64,000 nucleotides of DNA from Actinomycetes bacterium (GTDB lineage Bacteria; Actinomycetota; Acidimicrobiia; Acidimicrobiales; RAAP-2). The notes under the pieces are model-generated. The model worked only from the letters and a program-made list of their open reading frames with translations, was not told the origin of the DNA and did not search any database. The stretch is from assembly GCA_021823525.1 (NCBI GenBank), contig JAKANY010000005.1:861-64860 (forward strand). Reading direction: 5' to 3'. The position numbers were made by a program, and so were the translations under genes. Shown here piece after piece: positions 19,907-29,439 of the stretch (its first letter is position 1; each line of letters opens with the position of its first letter).

Positions 19907-22009
19907 GTGGCGATGCGCACCGTCGGTCCGTCACGCCCACGCGCACCCCGCGCGCGGGTGCGGCGTGCGCTGACGCACCTGGTCGCGGCGCCGCGCGCCG
20001 CCGCGTCGCGCTGGCTCGCCACCACCACCTACGGGCGCAAGTGGCTGGTGCTGGGCTCGCTGATCGGGCTCGTGGCGGGACTCGGCGCCGTCGTGTTCTA
20101 CGAGGCGCTGGTGGGCGTCACGCACCTCCTGCTGGGCACGCTCGGCCAATACCGCCCACCCACGCCCGCGGGCGAGGGCGGGCTCGCGGGCAGCGGATCG
20201 TTCGCGCGTCCCTGGGCCATTCCCCTGATCGTCGCGGGCGGCGCGCTGCTCGCGAGCCTGCTCGTCGTCTACGTCGCCCCCGAGGCCGAGGGCCACGGGA
20301 CCGACGCGGCCATCGCGGCGGTGCATCACAACCCGCGCGGCATCCGCCTGCGCGCCGTCGCGGTCAAGATCGTCGCCTCGGCCCTGACCATCGGAGCGGG
20401 AGGCTCGGGCGGGCGCGAGGGGCCCACCGGCCAGATCAGCGCCGGCTTCGGCTCGGCCCTGGCGCGCCTGTTCGACCTCGGGCCCCGTGACGCGCGCATC
20501 GCCGTCTCGGCGGGGATCGGGTCGGGCATCGGGGCGATCTTCGGCGCCCCTCTCGGCGGAGCGGTGCTGGCCTCCGAGGTCCTCTACCGCGACGACTTCG
20601 AGGTCGACTCCCTGCTCCCCGCCTTCATCGCCTCGATCGTCGCGTACGCGCTGTTCGGCTCGATCCTGGGCTTCACGCCGCTGTTCGGCTACGTGGGCAC
20701 CTATCACCTTCTGAGCGCGGGACCGCTCGCCTGGTTCGCCGTCATCGGGGTCGTCAGCGGCCTGGTCGGCCTGGCCTACGCCACCGTCTTCTACCGCTTG
20801 GCCGACGCCTTCGCCCGCTCGCGCGTGCCGCGCTGGCTGCGCCCCGCCCTGGGCGGCCTGGTCGTGGGCCTGGTGGGCCTGGCTGTCCCCCAGGTCCTGG
20901 GAACCGGCTACGGCTGGGTCCAGCACGCCTTCGACCAGCGCCTGCTCGCGATGCCCCTGTGGCTGGTGCTGGTGATCCCGCTCGCGCGGATCGTGGCGAC
21001 GGGTCTGTCGATCGGCTCGGGGGGATCGGGCGGGATCTTCGGGCCCGGCATGGTCATCGGGGCGTTCGTGGGCGCGGCGGTGTGGCGCGTCTTCGCGCCC
21101 CTCACCCCGGGCCTCGGCCACGACCCAGCGCCCTTCGCCATCGTGGGCATGATGGCGTGCTTCGGCTCGATCGCCCGGGCGCCACTCGCGGTGATGCTCA
21201 TGGTTGCCGAGATGACCGGGACGCTGTCCCTGCTCATCCCGGCGATGGTGGCCGTGGGCATCGCCACGCTCATCGTCTCGCGCACCGACGCCACCATCTA
21301 CCGCAGCCAGCTGCGCAACCGAGCCGAGGCGCCCGCGCACCGGATCGTGACGGGCCTGCCGCTGCTCGCCACGGTGCGCGCCGAGGCCGCCGTCAGCCCG
21401 CCGCGCCTGGTCCTGGACGGCGCCACCCCCGTCGCCGCGGCAGCGGCGCTCGTGGACGAGCTGGGCGTCGCGGGCGCGCCGGTCGTCGACGACGACGGGC
21501 GCCTGCGCGGTGTGGTGCGCGTCACGGACCTCGCGGGCGCGAGCGCGACCCCCGAGCGACCGGTTGCCGACGTCGCCGACGGGGACGCCCTGCCCCTGCG
21601 CGGCTCGGACCACCTGGACCGGGTCGTCGAGGCGCTTCTCGCCACGCCCGACGCCTGGGCGCCGGTCGTGGACGACGCGCGCCACGTGGTGGGGGTGATC
21701 GGCCTCGCCGACGTGGTGCGCGCCTACCGCTCCAGCCTGCGCGAGCGCCTGGCCGCGCTCGCGCCCACGACGGACGTCGACGGCGTGCGCGCCCTGACCA
21801 TCGCACCGGGCTCGGCGCTCGACGGCGCACCGGTGCGCTCGACGGTCGTCCACGGCGTGCTGCTCACGACGATTCAGCGCGGCGATGCGATCATCGAGCC
21901 TCGCGGCACGACGGTGCTGGCCGCGGGCGATCGGATCACCGCGCTGGGCTCGGCGGGGGCCCTCGAGCGCGTCGCGCGTGCGGCGAGCACGCCGGGCCCG
22001 GCGAGCTAG
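19907..22009 (+). CDS. ClC-family chloride channel/antiporter with CBS and TrkA-C domains
   Basis: GHGTD, GSGGREGP, GGSGGIFGP motifs; CBS pair and C-terminal IQRGD..IEPRG RCK_C segment. The true start may be ATG 19913. Confidence 0.92.
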   Translation: MAMRTVGPSRPRAPRARVRRALTHLVAAPRAAASRWLATTTYGRKWLVLGSLIGLVAGLGAVVFYEALVGVTHLLLGTLGQYRPPTPAGEGGLAGSGSFARPWAIPLIVAGGALLASLLVVYVAPEAEGHGTDAAIAAVHHNPRGIRLRAVAVKIVASALTIGAGGSGGREGPTGQISAGFGSALARLFDLGPRDARIAVSAGIGSGIGAIFGAPLGGAVLASEVLYRDDFEVDSLLPAFIASIVAYALFGSILGFTPLFGYVGTYHLLSAGPLAWFAVIGVVSGLVGLAYATVFYRLADAFARSRVPRWLRPALGGLVVGLVGLAVPQVLGTGYGWVQHAFDQRLLAMPLWLVLVIPLARIVATGLSIGSGGSGGIFGPGMVIGAFVGAAVWRVFAPLTPGLGHDPAPFAIVGMMACFGSIARAPLAVMLMVAEMTGTLSLLIPAMVAVGIATLIVSRTDATIYRSQLRNRAEAPAHRIVTGLPLLATVRAEAAVSPPRLVLDGATPVAAAAALVDELGVAGAPVVDDDGRLRGVVRVTDLAGASATPERPVADVADGDALPLRGSDHLDRVVEALLATPDAWAPVVDDARHVVGVIGLADVVRAYRSSLRERLAALAPTTDVDGVRALTIAPGSALDGAPVRSTVVHGVLLTTIQRGDAIIEPRGTTVLAAGDRITALGSAGALERVARAASTPGPAS

Positions 22010-23259
22010 CGAGCCTCGGGGGCCGCGGCGCGCGCTCGCGCGTCCCCGGCCACGAGCGGCGTGAAGGCCGCTCCCACGAGCACGAACAGGGCGGCCAGGA
22101 TCAGCCAGCCGACCCGTCCCAGGGTGATCGCGGTCGCGGTCACCAGGCTCGGACCCACGACGCCCGAGACGCCCCGGCCCAGGTTGAACGCTCCCTGGTA
22201 CTGGCCCTGCAGCTCCTCTTGGGCCAGACCGTAGCCGATGCCCCACGAGGCCCCCGAGCTCGCGAGCTCGCCGAGAGTGTGCAGCACCATGCCCGCGAGC
22301 AGCACGGCCGCCGCCGGCACCACCGGGAGGCCCGCGGCGAGCGAGTACGTCACGCACGCCAGCCCGACCAGCACCCCGGAGCGGCGGAAGGTCCGCGCCG
22401 CGCGCACGACGTCGCCCGAGCCGCGGCTGATGCGCACCTGCAGGGCGATCACCATCGACGTGTTGACGATGAGCAGCACCGACACCCACCAGCGCGGCGC
22501 GCGCGTGTGGTCCACGATCCATAGCGGCAGCCCGACGCTCTGGATCACGAAGTGGATGGCGAACAGGCCGTTGAGCAGCGCGGCGGCGAGGTAGCGGCGG
22601 TCGCGCAGGACGACGGTCATCGGGGCGCGCCGCTCGCCGGGCGCCACGGGCCGCGGCGCCATCGCGGGCAGCCGCAGGACGAAGAGCGCCGCGACGAGGA
22701 AGGTCGCCGCGTTGCCCAGCACCATCGCCACGTAGGCGGTGCGCGTGTCGAGGGCCAGGCCCACCCCCGACAGGGCGATGCCGATCGACATGCCGAAGTT
22801 CGTCACGGCGCGCTGGTAGGCGCGCACGTGCACCCGCTCCTCGCCCTGGCCGAAGCGACCCATCATCACCGAGCGCGTCGAGCCCGACGCCCCGGCGCAC
22901 AGCCCCTCGACGAGGCTCAGGGCGAGGAACGCCGAAAAGGAGTGCACGAGGGTGAAGCACGCCATGATCACGCCCTGGCCGAGCGTCGCCGCCGCGACGA
23001 TCGCGCGTGGGTCGACGCGGTCGGCCTGGTGGCCGCTCGGCACCGAGACGAGCAGGCCGACCACCGCCGCGAGGCCGAGGCCCAGGGCCACGCGGTGCAC
23101 CCCGAGGCCGACCGAGCGGGTGAAGAAGATGACCTCGACCGTGTAGTAGAGGCCGTTGCCGACGGTGTTGACCAGGGTCGCGGTCGTCAGGGTACGCAGC
23201 GGTCCCGCCGGGGGGATCACGCCGCGCGCGCGACGCGCCCCCTCCTCCCCCTCGTTCAT
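22006..23259 (-). CDS. MFS transporter
   Basis: About 12 hydrophobic helices, GHQADRVDPR motif-A-like loop. Confidence 0.85.
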   Translation of the reverse strand: MNEGEEGARRARGVIPPAGPLRTLTTATLVNTVGNGLYYTVEVIFFTRSVGLGVHRVALGLGLAAVVGLLVSVPSGHQADRVDPRAIVAAATLGQGVIMACFTLVHSFSAFLALSLVEGLCAGASGSTRSVMMGRFGQGEERVHVRAYQRAVTNFGMSIGIALSGVGLALDTRTAYVAMVLGNAATFLVAALFVLRLPAMAPRPVAPGERRAPMTVVLRDRRYLAAALLNGLFAIHFVIQSVGLPLWIVDHTRAPRWWVSVLLIVNTSMVIALQVRISRGSGDVVRAARTFRRSGVLVGLACVTYSLAAGLPVVPAAAVLLAGMVLHTLGELASSGASWGIGYGLAQEELQGQYQGAFNLGRGVSGVVGPSLVTATAITLGRVGWLILAALFVLVGAAFTPLVAGDARARAAAPEAR

Positions 23260-23312
23260 GGCGCCAACCTACCCGTCGACCCTCCCGGGACCCGAGGGAT
23301 CGCGAGGACCGC

Positions 23313-25007
23313 TCAGGTTGCGCTCCAGGCGAGCGCCGCCGCGTCCACGCTCTCGTAGAGGGTGAGGGCCGCGAGCGGGCCACCGGCGGCGCTCAGCTGG
23401 TGGCGCACGGCGTCGTTGGCCCGGGCGATCACCAGGCTGGTCCCCTCGGCCGTGAGGTCGCGCACGACGTCGGCCAGGGTCACCAGCGCCGTGTAGTCGA
23501 TCTCGGACATCGCGACGGCGTCGAGCACGACGTGGTGGCTCTCGGGGTGCGCGGCCAGCAGCCGGTGCAGCTCGATACGGAAGACCCCGGCGTTGGCGAA
23601 GTAGAGCGTCTCGTCGAAGAGCGCCACCACCACGCCCGCCACAGCGGCGACGCCCTCGCGCCCGAGGGGCTCCCAGCTCGTCGTCCCCTCCCGTCGGCCG
23701 AGCTCGATCATGCGCGGGCGGGCGCTGCGCCAGGTGCGCAGCACGATCGCCAGGCCCACCGCGACCGCGAGGCCCAGCTCGACGCCGAGCAGCAGCACGC
23801 CCAGCGCCGAAGCGATCGCGACGGCGAGCTCGCCGCGGCCCGCGCGCGCGATGGCCCCGAGCTGGCGCACCTTGATGAGCCGTCCGGCGACGAAGAACAG
23901 CACGCCCGCGAGCACCGGCAGCGGGATGAGGTGGGCGTAGGAGGCAAAGGGAGTCAGGATGAGCATGCCCAGGCCCGCGACCAGCCCGACCATCCGGGTT
24001 CGCCCTCCCGCCAGGGCCACCACCATCGTGCGCGGCGGGCTGGCGTCCACGGGGAAGGACCCGAGGAGTCCCGCCAGCACGTTGGAGGCGCCCACGCCGA
24101 CGAAGTCGCGGCTGAGGTCCTCGCCCGCCCCGATCTCGTCGGAGGACACGCGCGAGGTCATGGCGCTCTGGGAGATGACGACGACCGCGAGCGTCAGGGC
24201 GATCGTGACGACCGAGCCCCACTGGCTCAATGTCAGCCACCGCAGACGCCACACCGGCGTGCCCGCCACGACCGTGCCCAGCTCGGCCACGCCGTGATGG
24301 CTGAGCGACAGCGCCGCGGTCAGGACGATCGCGCCCACGACCGCGGCCAGGGCCCAGGGCAGGCGCGGGTTCACCCGCTCGCCGACGACCATCACGATGA
24401 TGGTCCCCACGGCCAGCGCCAGGGGCCAGGCGTGCACCTGGGAGAGCTGGGTCGCGATCACGTGGAGCCGCCCGAACAGGCTCGCCCCCCCGCCGGGCAC
24501 CCCCAGGGCGTCGGGGAGCTGGTGGACCATGATGATCAGGCCGATGCCGCCCATGAACCCGGTGATGATGGGCCGCGAGAGCAGGTCGGCCATCCAGCCC
24601 AGGCGCAGGAGGCCCACGACCCCCACCAGGATTCCCGTGAGGACGGCCGCAGTCGCCACGAGCTCGAGGTAGGCGGGCGACCCGGTCGCGGCCAGGTGGC
24701 CGAGGGCCACCGCGAACAGGGGCGCGATCGTCGAGTCCGCGCCCACGGACATGATGGGGTTCGACCCCAGGGCGACGAAGGCGAGGGTTCCCGCGATGAA
24801 GGCGATCATCGCGAGGAAGGCGGGCACGCCGGCCAGTCGCGAGGTCGCCAGCTGCTCGGGGATGGCGATCGCGAGCAGGGTGATTCCCGCCACCACCTCG
24901 CGGGGAAGGGTCGCGCGCGACACCCCGGAGAACAGGTCGCGCAGCCCACGCGCGGCGACACGCCGGCCGACCGGTGTGCGTGGGGTCGGCCGGCGCGTCA
25001 AGCTCAC
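23313..25007 (-). CDS. SulP-family anion transporter with STAS domain
   Basis: AGITLLAIAIPEQLA, SVGADST, LSRPIITGF, LYFANA and STAS (VLDAVAMSEIDYTA). Confidence 0.92.
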   Translation of the reverse strand: MSLTRRPTPRTPVGRRVAARGLRDLFSGVSRATLPREVVAGITLLAIAIPEQLATSRLAGVPAFLAMIAFIAGTLAFVALGSNPIMSVGADSTIAPLFAVALGHLAATGSPAYLELVATAAVLTGILVGVVGLLRLGWMADLLSRPIITGFMGGIGLIIMVHQLPDALGVPGGGASLFGRLHVIATQLSQVHAWPLALAVGTIIVMVVGERVNPRLPWALAAVVGAIVLTAALSLSHHGVAELGTVVAGTPVWRLRWLTLSQWGSVVTIALTLAVVVISQSAMTSRVSSDEIGAGEDLSRDFVGVGASNVLAGLLGSFPVDASPPRTMVVALAGGRTRMVGLVAGLGMLILTPFASYAHLIPLPVLAGVLFFVAGRLIKVRQLGAIARAGRGELAVAIASALGVLLLGVELGLAVAVGLAIVLRTWRSARPRMIELGRREGTTSWEPLGREGVAAVAGVVVALFDETLYFANAGVFRIELHRLLAAHPESHHVVLDAVAMSEIDYTALVTLADVVRDLTAEGTSLVIARANDAVRHQLSAAGGPLAALTLYESVDAAALAWSAT

Positions 25008-25015
25008 GCGCTCAC

Positions 25016-25057
25016 CCTAGGTCCGGCGTCTGCAGTGCGCACTGACGCCGGCCTAGG
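25016..25057. terminator. Long bulged hairpin after the DUF5666-like gene
   Basis: CCTAGGTCCGGCGTC pairs with GACGCCGG-CCTAGG (1-nt bulge), enclosing the palindrome AGTGCGCACT. Confidence 0.5.
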
Positions 25058-25064
25058 AGAACTG

Positions 25065-26597
25065 TCAGTTGTCCACGCTGAGGCTGATCAAGGTTTCGAC
25101 GCCGCCGACCCACTGGACAACAGCCTTGATCTGGACGCCGGTGGTGTATACCGTGCCCGTGCCGAACAGGCTGGCGGCCAGTGCAGCGGGAACGGTCAAG
25201 TTCACAGTTGCACCGCTCTCCCCGTGCTGGAGCACGAGCTCACCACTGGCGTAGGACACGATCGTACCGTCGACCGTGAAGAGACCCGGCACGTTGCCCT
25301 GGTTCCCCTGACTTCCCTGGTCGCCTGAGCCTTGTGCCCAGATCTGCGTCAACGTGAGCTGACCCGACGCGAGAGTCCCGCGCGCGTGGACCCGCAAGCC
25401 GCTCGTGATGCTCGCGGGTAGGGGGTAGATCGCGGGGTTGATGGTGAAGGTGATGGACGAGTTGCTGCCTTCGCCATCGTTGCGCTGGATCGAGATCGAC
25501 GTCGCATTCGCCGCGGTCGACCCGGCAGGAAGGAGGGTCACGATGCCCTCAGCCTCGGTCGTCATGCTTCCCTCGCCGTGTTGAACCTCGAACGAGGTCA
25601 GCGTGTTCGTCGACGACGTGCCGGAGATCGCCACGGTGCCCTCGGCATCGACCCGCATGCCGACGCTCAGGCTGGAGACGTCCATGCCGGCCGGGACGAC
25701 GAAGGTCACCGCGGAACCTTCGCCAGGCTGGATGGTGAGCGAGCCGGAAGCTGAGGCGGAGGAGTCCGTGACGGCGCTGACTAAGCCCTCGGCCTCGATC
25801 GTGTTGCTGTCACTGGTGCTCACCACGGCACCGCCTTGGGGCACCTCGCTCGTGATGGTCACGAGGGTGAAGGTCGACGACGTCGCGTCATAGCTCACCA
25901 GCATCTCGACTGCGGTGCCCGCCGTGAAGTTGGAGGGCAGCGCCAGCGAGCCCGGGATAGCAACGGTCGTCAGCGCGCCATTCTCGACGCTGATGACCAG
26001 CGACGTCGCGTTCACGGTAGTGAGGGTGCCGTTGAGCTCGATGAAGGCGCTCTGGCCCACGACTTGGACGTTGGTCGCGTCGAGACCCGTGGGCGTGAAG
26101 GTGATGCCTGCGCGCACCACCTGGCCCGGAGTGAAGCTCGCGTGGCTGGCGTGAGACTGGCGCGCCCCCAGACTGAGAGCAAACTGGCTGCCGCCACTCG
26201 ACACCACGAGCTCCTTGGCCGTCGCGCTCACCACGGTGCCGCGCACCTCAGTGTGGTGGGCGCGTCCGTGCTCGCGCATGCTGGTCGCGCTGTAGGTGCC
26301 GTCGGCAAGCTTGGCTGCCACCGCGACGACTTGGCCACCGAGATAGACCTTGCTCAGGGCAGCAGCGTTCACGTGGACCGCGACCGCGCCACGCGGCGTA
26401 TTGAGGGTGACGGTACCGAGCGTCGCGCTGTCAGCGACCACGATGCCGCGGATCGCACGGCCATGAGGCGCTGTGCCGCTCTTGCCGTGGCCGCTGTGAT
26501 GGCCACTGGCTCCGGCCAGCGCTGGCAAGAACGGTGCCGCCAGCGCGAGGGCTGCGACGAGCGAACCCGCGCGCACTGCGTGCTTGGTGGAATGCAT
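25065..26597 (-). CDS. Secreted protein with repeated OB-fold-like (DUF5666-like) domains
   Basis: Signal peptide; repeated units E/x-G-x-V...L-x-I...V-G-x-x-V-x-x-x-G (e.g. EAEGLVSAV, EAEGIVTLL, TVDGTIVSY). Confidence 0.65.
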   Translation of the reverse strand: MHSTKHAVRAGSLVAALALAAPFLPALAGASGHHSGHGKSGTAPHGRAIRGIVVADSATLGTVTLNTPRGAVAVHVNAAALSKVYLGGQVVAVAAKLADGTYSATSMREHGRAHHTEVRGTVVSATAKELVVSSGGSQFALSLGARQSHASHASFTPGQVVRAGITFTPTGLDATNVQVVGQSAFIELNGTLTTVNATSLVISVENGALTTVAIPGSLALPSNFTAGTAVEMLVSYDATSSTFTLVTITSEVPQGGAVVSTSDSNTIEAEGLVSAVTDSSASASGSLTIQPGEGSAVTFVVPAGMDVSSLSVGMRVDAEGTVAISGTSSTNTLTSFEVQHGEGSMTTEAEGIVTLLPAGSTAANATSISIQRNDGEGSNSSITFTINPAIYPLPASITSGLRVHARGTLASGQLTLTQIWAQGSGDQGSQGNQGNVPGLFTVDGTIVSYASGELVLQHGESGATVNLTVPAALAASLFGTGTVYTTGVQIKAVVQWVGGVETLISLSVDN

Positions 26598-26737
26598 CTG
26601 GACTCCTTTCGGGACGCTGGAGCGTCACTGCCACCGTACGAGGGGAGTCTCAGGAGAGCCCGGGGGAAGTCTGTGAGAACGGTGAGAATCCAGGATCCCA
26701 GTCCACGCGTCGGAACGGGGAATCGACCAGGGATCGG

Positions 26738-28699
26738 TCAGATCTCGCTGCCGGCGACGAGCCCGTCGAGCACGGCCTCCTCGACGCTGCGCGGGGCCAG
26801 GCAGTCCCCGATCCCCACGGCGGGCACCCCACGCGCGAGCAGGTCGTCGAGCAGGTCGCTGACCGGCTCGTGGCCCGCCGCGAGCACGACGCCCGCCAGT
26901 CCCTCGAGGAGGACGGGCTCGTCGGTCAGCACGTGCTGGAGATACAGCGTGTCCTCGTCGGCCCCGAAGGCCCGCACCAGGGGGACGACGCGCACCTGGG
27001 CGCGCACCAGACCGACCATCTGCTGGTCCCGCACGTACTGGGGCAGCGTCTCGCCGGGCGCGTAGCCGGTCGTGGCCAGGCTGACGCGGTGACCGTGGGC
27101 GGCGAGCAGCCGAGCCACGCCCATCCCGACCCAGTCGCCGCGCGTGTCGATGACCGCCCACGCTCCCGCCGGCACGCGATCAGGACTCTCGACCACGTCC
27201 CAGGCGCTCAGCACGCGCGCGTCCCCGCGCAGCTCGAGATCCGGACGGTAGGGCCGCGCGCCGGTCGCGACGATGACCGCGTCGGCGCCCTCGCGCTCGA
27301 CCACCTCGGCGTCGACGCGCTGACCGGTCTCGAGGGCGGCGCCCGCCCGCCGGGCCTCGCGCAGCAGGTTGTCGATCACCCCGGCGAACTCGTCGCGTCC
27401 GGGCAGTCGACCGGCGAGGCGCACCTGGCCCCCGGGTGCCGACGCGGCCTCGAGCACGCGCACGCGGTGACCCCGTGCCGCCGCGATCGCGGCCGCCTTG
27501 AGGCCCGCCGGCCCGGCGCCCACGACGAGGATCCGCCGGGCCGGCGAGGCCGGCACCAGGCGGCCGAAGCGACGCTCGCGTCCGGTCTCGGGGTGCTGGA
27601 TGCACGAGATCGGGTAGCCCGCGTGGAAGTGGCCGATGCAGGCCTGGTTGCACGCGACGCACGCGCGGATCTCCTCGCCGCGGCCCTCGCGCACCTTGCG
27701 GGGCATCTCGGGGTCGCAGATCAGCGCGCGGGTCATGACGCACGCGTCGGCCTGGCCCGCAGCGAGCACCCTCTCGGCCTCCTGGGGCTGGTTGATCCGC
27801 CCCGCGACCAGGACCGGCACCGGCACCGCCGCGCGCAGGCGACCGGCCGCGCTCGCGAGGTAGGCGTTGGGAAAGGTCATGTCGGGCACGATGTGGCCCG
27901 CGCCGCGCCGCGTCGCCGACGTGCCCGTCGTGACGCTGAGGTAGTCGACCAGGCCCGCGTCGGCGATGGCGCGCGCGGCGGCGAGCGCGTCCTCCTCGGG
28001 CAGGCCACCGGGATCGTCCTCGCCGAGCGACAGGCGCAGGCCCACGACGGCACCCGGTCCCGCGCCCGCGCGCGCGGCAGCCAGCACCTGCGCGAGGAAC
28101 CGCTGGCGACCCGCGGGACCGTCCCCGTAGGCGTCGGTGCGCACGTTGGCGTGGGGGTTGAGGAACTGGGCGGGCAGGTAGCCGTGGCTGGCGACGACCT
28201 CGACGCCGTCGAGTCCCGCCGCGATCAGGCGCGCGGCCGCCGCGCCGTAGGCGGCGACGATCTCGTCGATCTCCCGGGTGCGCAGGGCGCGGGGCATCAC
28301 GCGGAAGCGCTCGGTCGGCACGGCCGAGGGCGCCAGCGCGACCGGCGCGGCGCCATCAGACGACTCGGCCACCTCGCGCCCGGGGTGGAAGAGCTGGCCC
28401 ACCAGCACCGTGCCGTGGGGGCGGACGGCCTGCGCCAGGCGCGCGTAGCCCGGGATGCAGGCGTCGTCGTCGGCGAGCAGCACGTGGCTCGTGTAGCGGG
28501 CGCTCGGGTGCACCGCGCCCACCTGGACGACGATCATCCCGGCCCCGCCGCGCGCGCGCGCCTCGTGGTAGGCGACGAGCTGGTCGCCGACGCGCCCGGC
28601 GTCGACCATGACGGTGTCGTGGCCCGACGAGACGATCCGGTTGGGCAGGGTGACCGGGCCCAGCGCGAGAGGTGTGAGCAGCAGGGGCGTCTCTGCCAT
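26738..28699 (-). CDS. OYE/FadH-like NADH:flavin oxidoreductase (TIM barrel FMN + Fe-S + FAD)
   Basis: LPNRIVSSGH, SHGYLPAQFLNP..N.RTDAYG, CVACNQAC, VVGAGPAGL; start re-picked at MAETPL (ATG 28699). Confidence 0.9.
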   Translation of the reverse strand: MAETPLLLTPLALGPVTLPNRIVSSGHDTVMVDAGRVGDQLVAYHEARARGGAGMIVVQVGAVHPSARYTSHVLLADDDACIPGYARLAQAVRPHGTVLVGQLFHPGREVAESSDGAAPVALAPSAVPTERFRVMPRALRTREIDEIVAAYGAAAARLIAAGLDGVEVVASHGYLPAQFLNPHANVRTDAYGDGPAGRQRFLAQVLAAARAGAGPGAVVGLRLSLGEDDPGGLPEEDALAAARAIADAGLVDYLSVTTGTSATRRGAGHIVPDMTFPNAYLASAAGRLRAAVPVPVLVAGRINQPQEAERVLAAGQADACVMTRALICDPEMPRKVREGRGEEIRACVACNQACIGHFHAGYPISCIQHPETGRERRFGRLVPASPARRILVVGAGPAGLKAAAIAAARGHRVRVLEAASAPGGQVRLAGRLPGRDEFAGVIDNLLREARRAGAALETGQRVDAEVVEREGADAVIVATGARPYRPDLELRGDARVLSAWDVVESPDRVPAGAWAVIDTRGDWVGMGVARLLAAHGHRVSLATTGYAPGETLPQYVRDQQMVGLVRAQVRVVPLVRAFGADEDTLYLQHVLTDEPVLLEGLAGVVLAAGHEPVSDLLDDLLARGVPAVGIGDCLAPRSVEEAVLDGLVAGSEI

Positions 28700-28707
28700 G
28701 GGCCGGC

Positions 28708-29439
28708 TCAGCCGGTGGTGACCACCCGGAAGGACTCGGCGCGGCGCTTCGGGCCCAGACCGGCGCGCTTGGCGGTCGCGCGCGCGCCCGCCTCGATCAT
28801 CTTGCGCAGTCCCTTGCGCTCGCCGACCTGCGAGACGTGGCAGCGCAGGGCGCGCACCTTGTCCTCGAGGGTGGCGGTGATGTCCACGACCATCGTGGCC
28901 CCCACCGACGTGGCGAGCCACACCTGGCCCACCACGTGGGGCGCCAGGCCCTCGGCGGCGAGCTCGGGGAAGGCGTGGGGATTGCGCGCGTCGGGGTAGA
29001 TCGCCCGGAGCGTCGCCTCGCCCACGGCCAGGTGGTCGGGGTGCGAGGCGTAGATGCGCTCGTAGTTGCGCTCGGGGCTCTGGCAGATCACCAGGTCGGG
29101 TCGCTTCGTGCGGATCACGCGCGCCAGCTGGGCGCGCAGCTCGAGGGTCACCTCGACGCGCCCGTCGGGCCAGCGCAGGAAGGTCAGGTCGCTCACGCCG
29201 AGCGCCGCTGCGGCGGCGCGCTGCTCGGCCTCGCGCGTGACGGCGCGCTCCTCGGGGGTCGCGCGCGAGCTGTCGCCTCCCGCGTCGCCCGAGGTCACCA
29301 GGCAGTACGAGACGCTCACGCCGTCGCGCACCAGGCGCGCGACGGTCCCGCCGGCGCCGAAGTCGACGTCGTCGGGGTGGGCCATGATCACCAGGGCCCG
29401 GGCGACCTTCGCGTCGCGGCGGTAGCGCGCGAGCTTCAC
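28708..29439 (-). CDS. PIG-L/LmbE-family deacetylase
   Basis: AHPDDVDFG and HPDHLAVG motifs; GTG 29439 overlaps the helicase stop. Confidence 0.9.
   Translation of the reverse strand: MKLARYRRDAKVARALVIMAHPDDVDFGAGGTVARLVRDGVSVSYCLVTSGDAGGDSSRATPEERAVTREAEQRAAAAALGVSDLTFLRWPDGRVEVTLELRAQLARVIRTKRPDLVICQSPERNYERIYASHPDHLAVGEATLRAIYPDARNPHAFPELAAEGLAPHVVGQVWLATSVGATMVVDITATLEDKVRALRCHVSQVGERKGLRKMIEAGARATAKRAGLGPKRRAESFRVVTTG

Noticed and set aside
19907-22009. ClC considered as a fluoride-specific CLC-F exporter
   Set aside because: The motifs are GHGTD and GREGP, not the GNNLI/GMGLI and GREGT/V signatures; I saw no fluoride riboswitch upstream.
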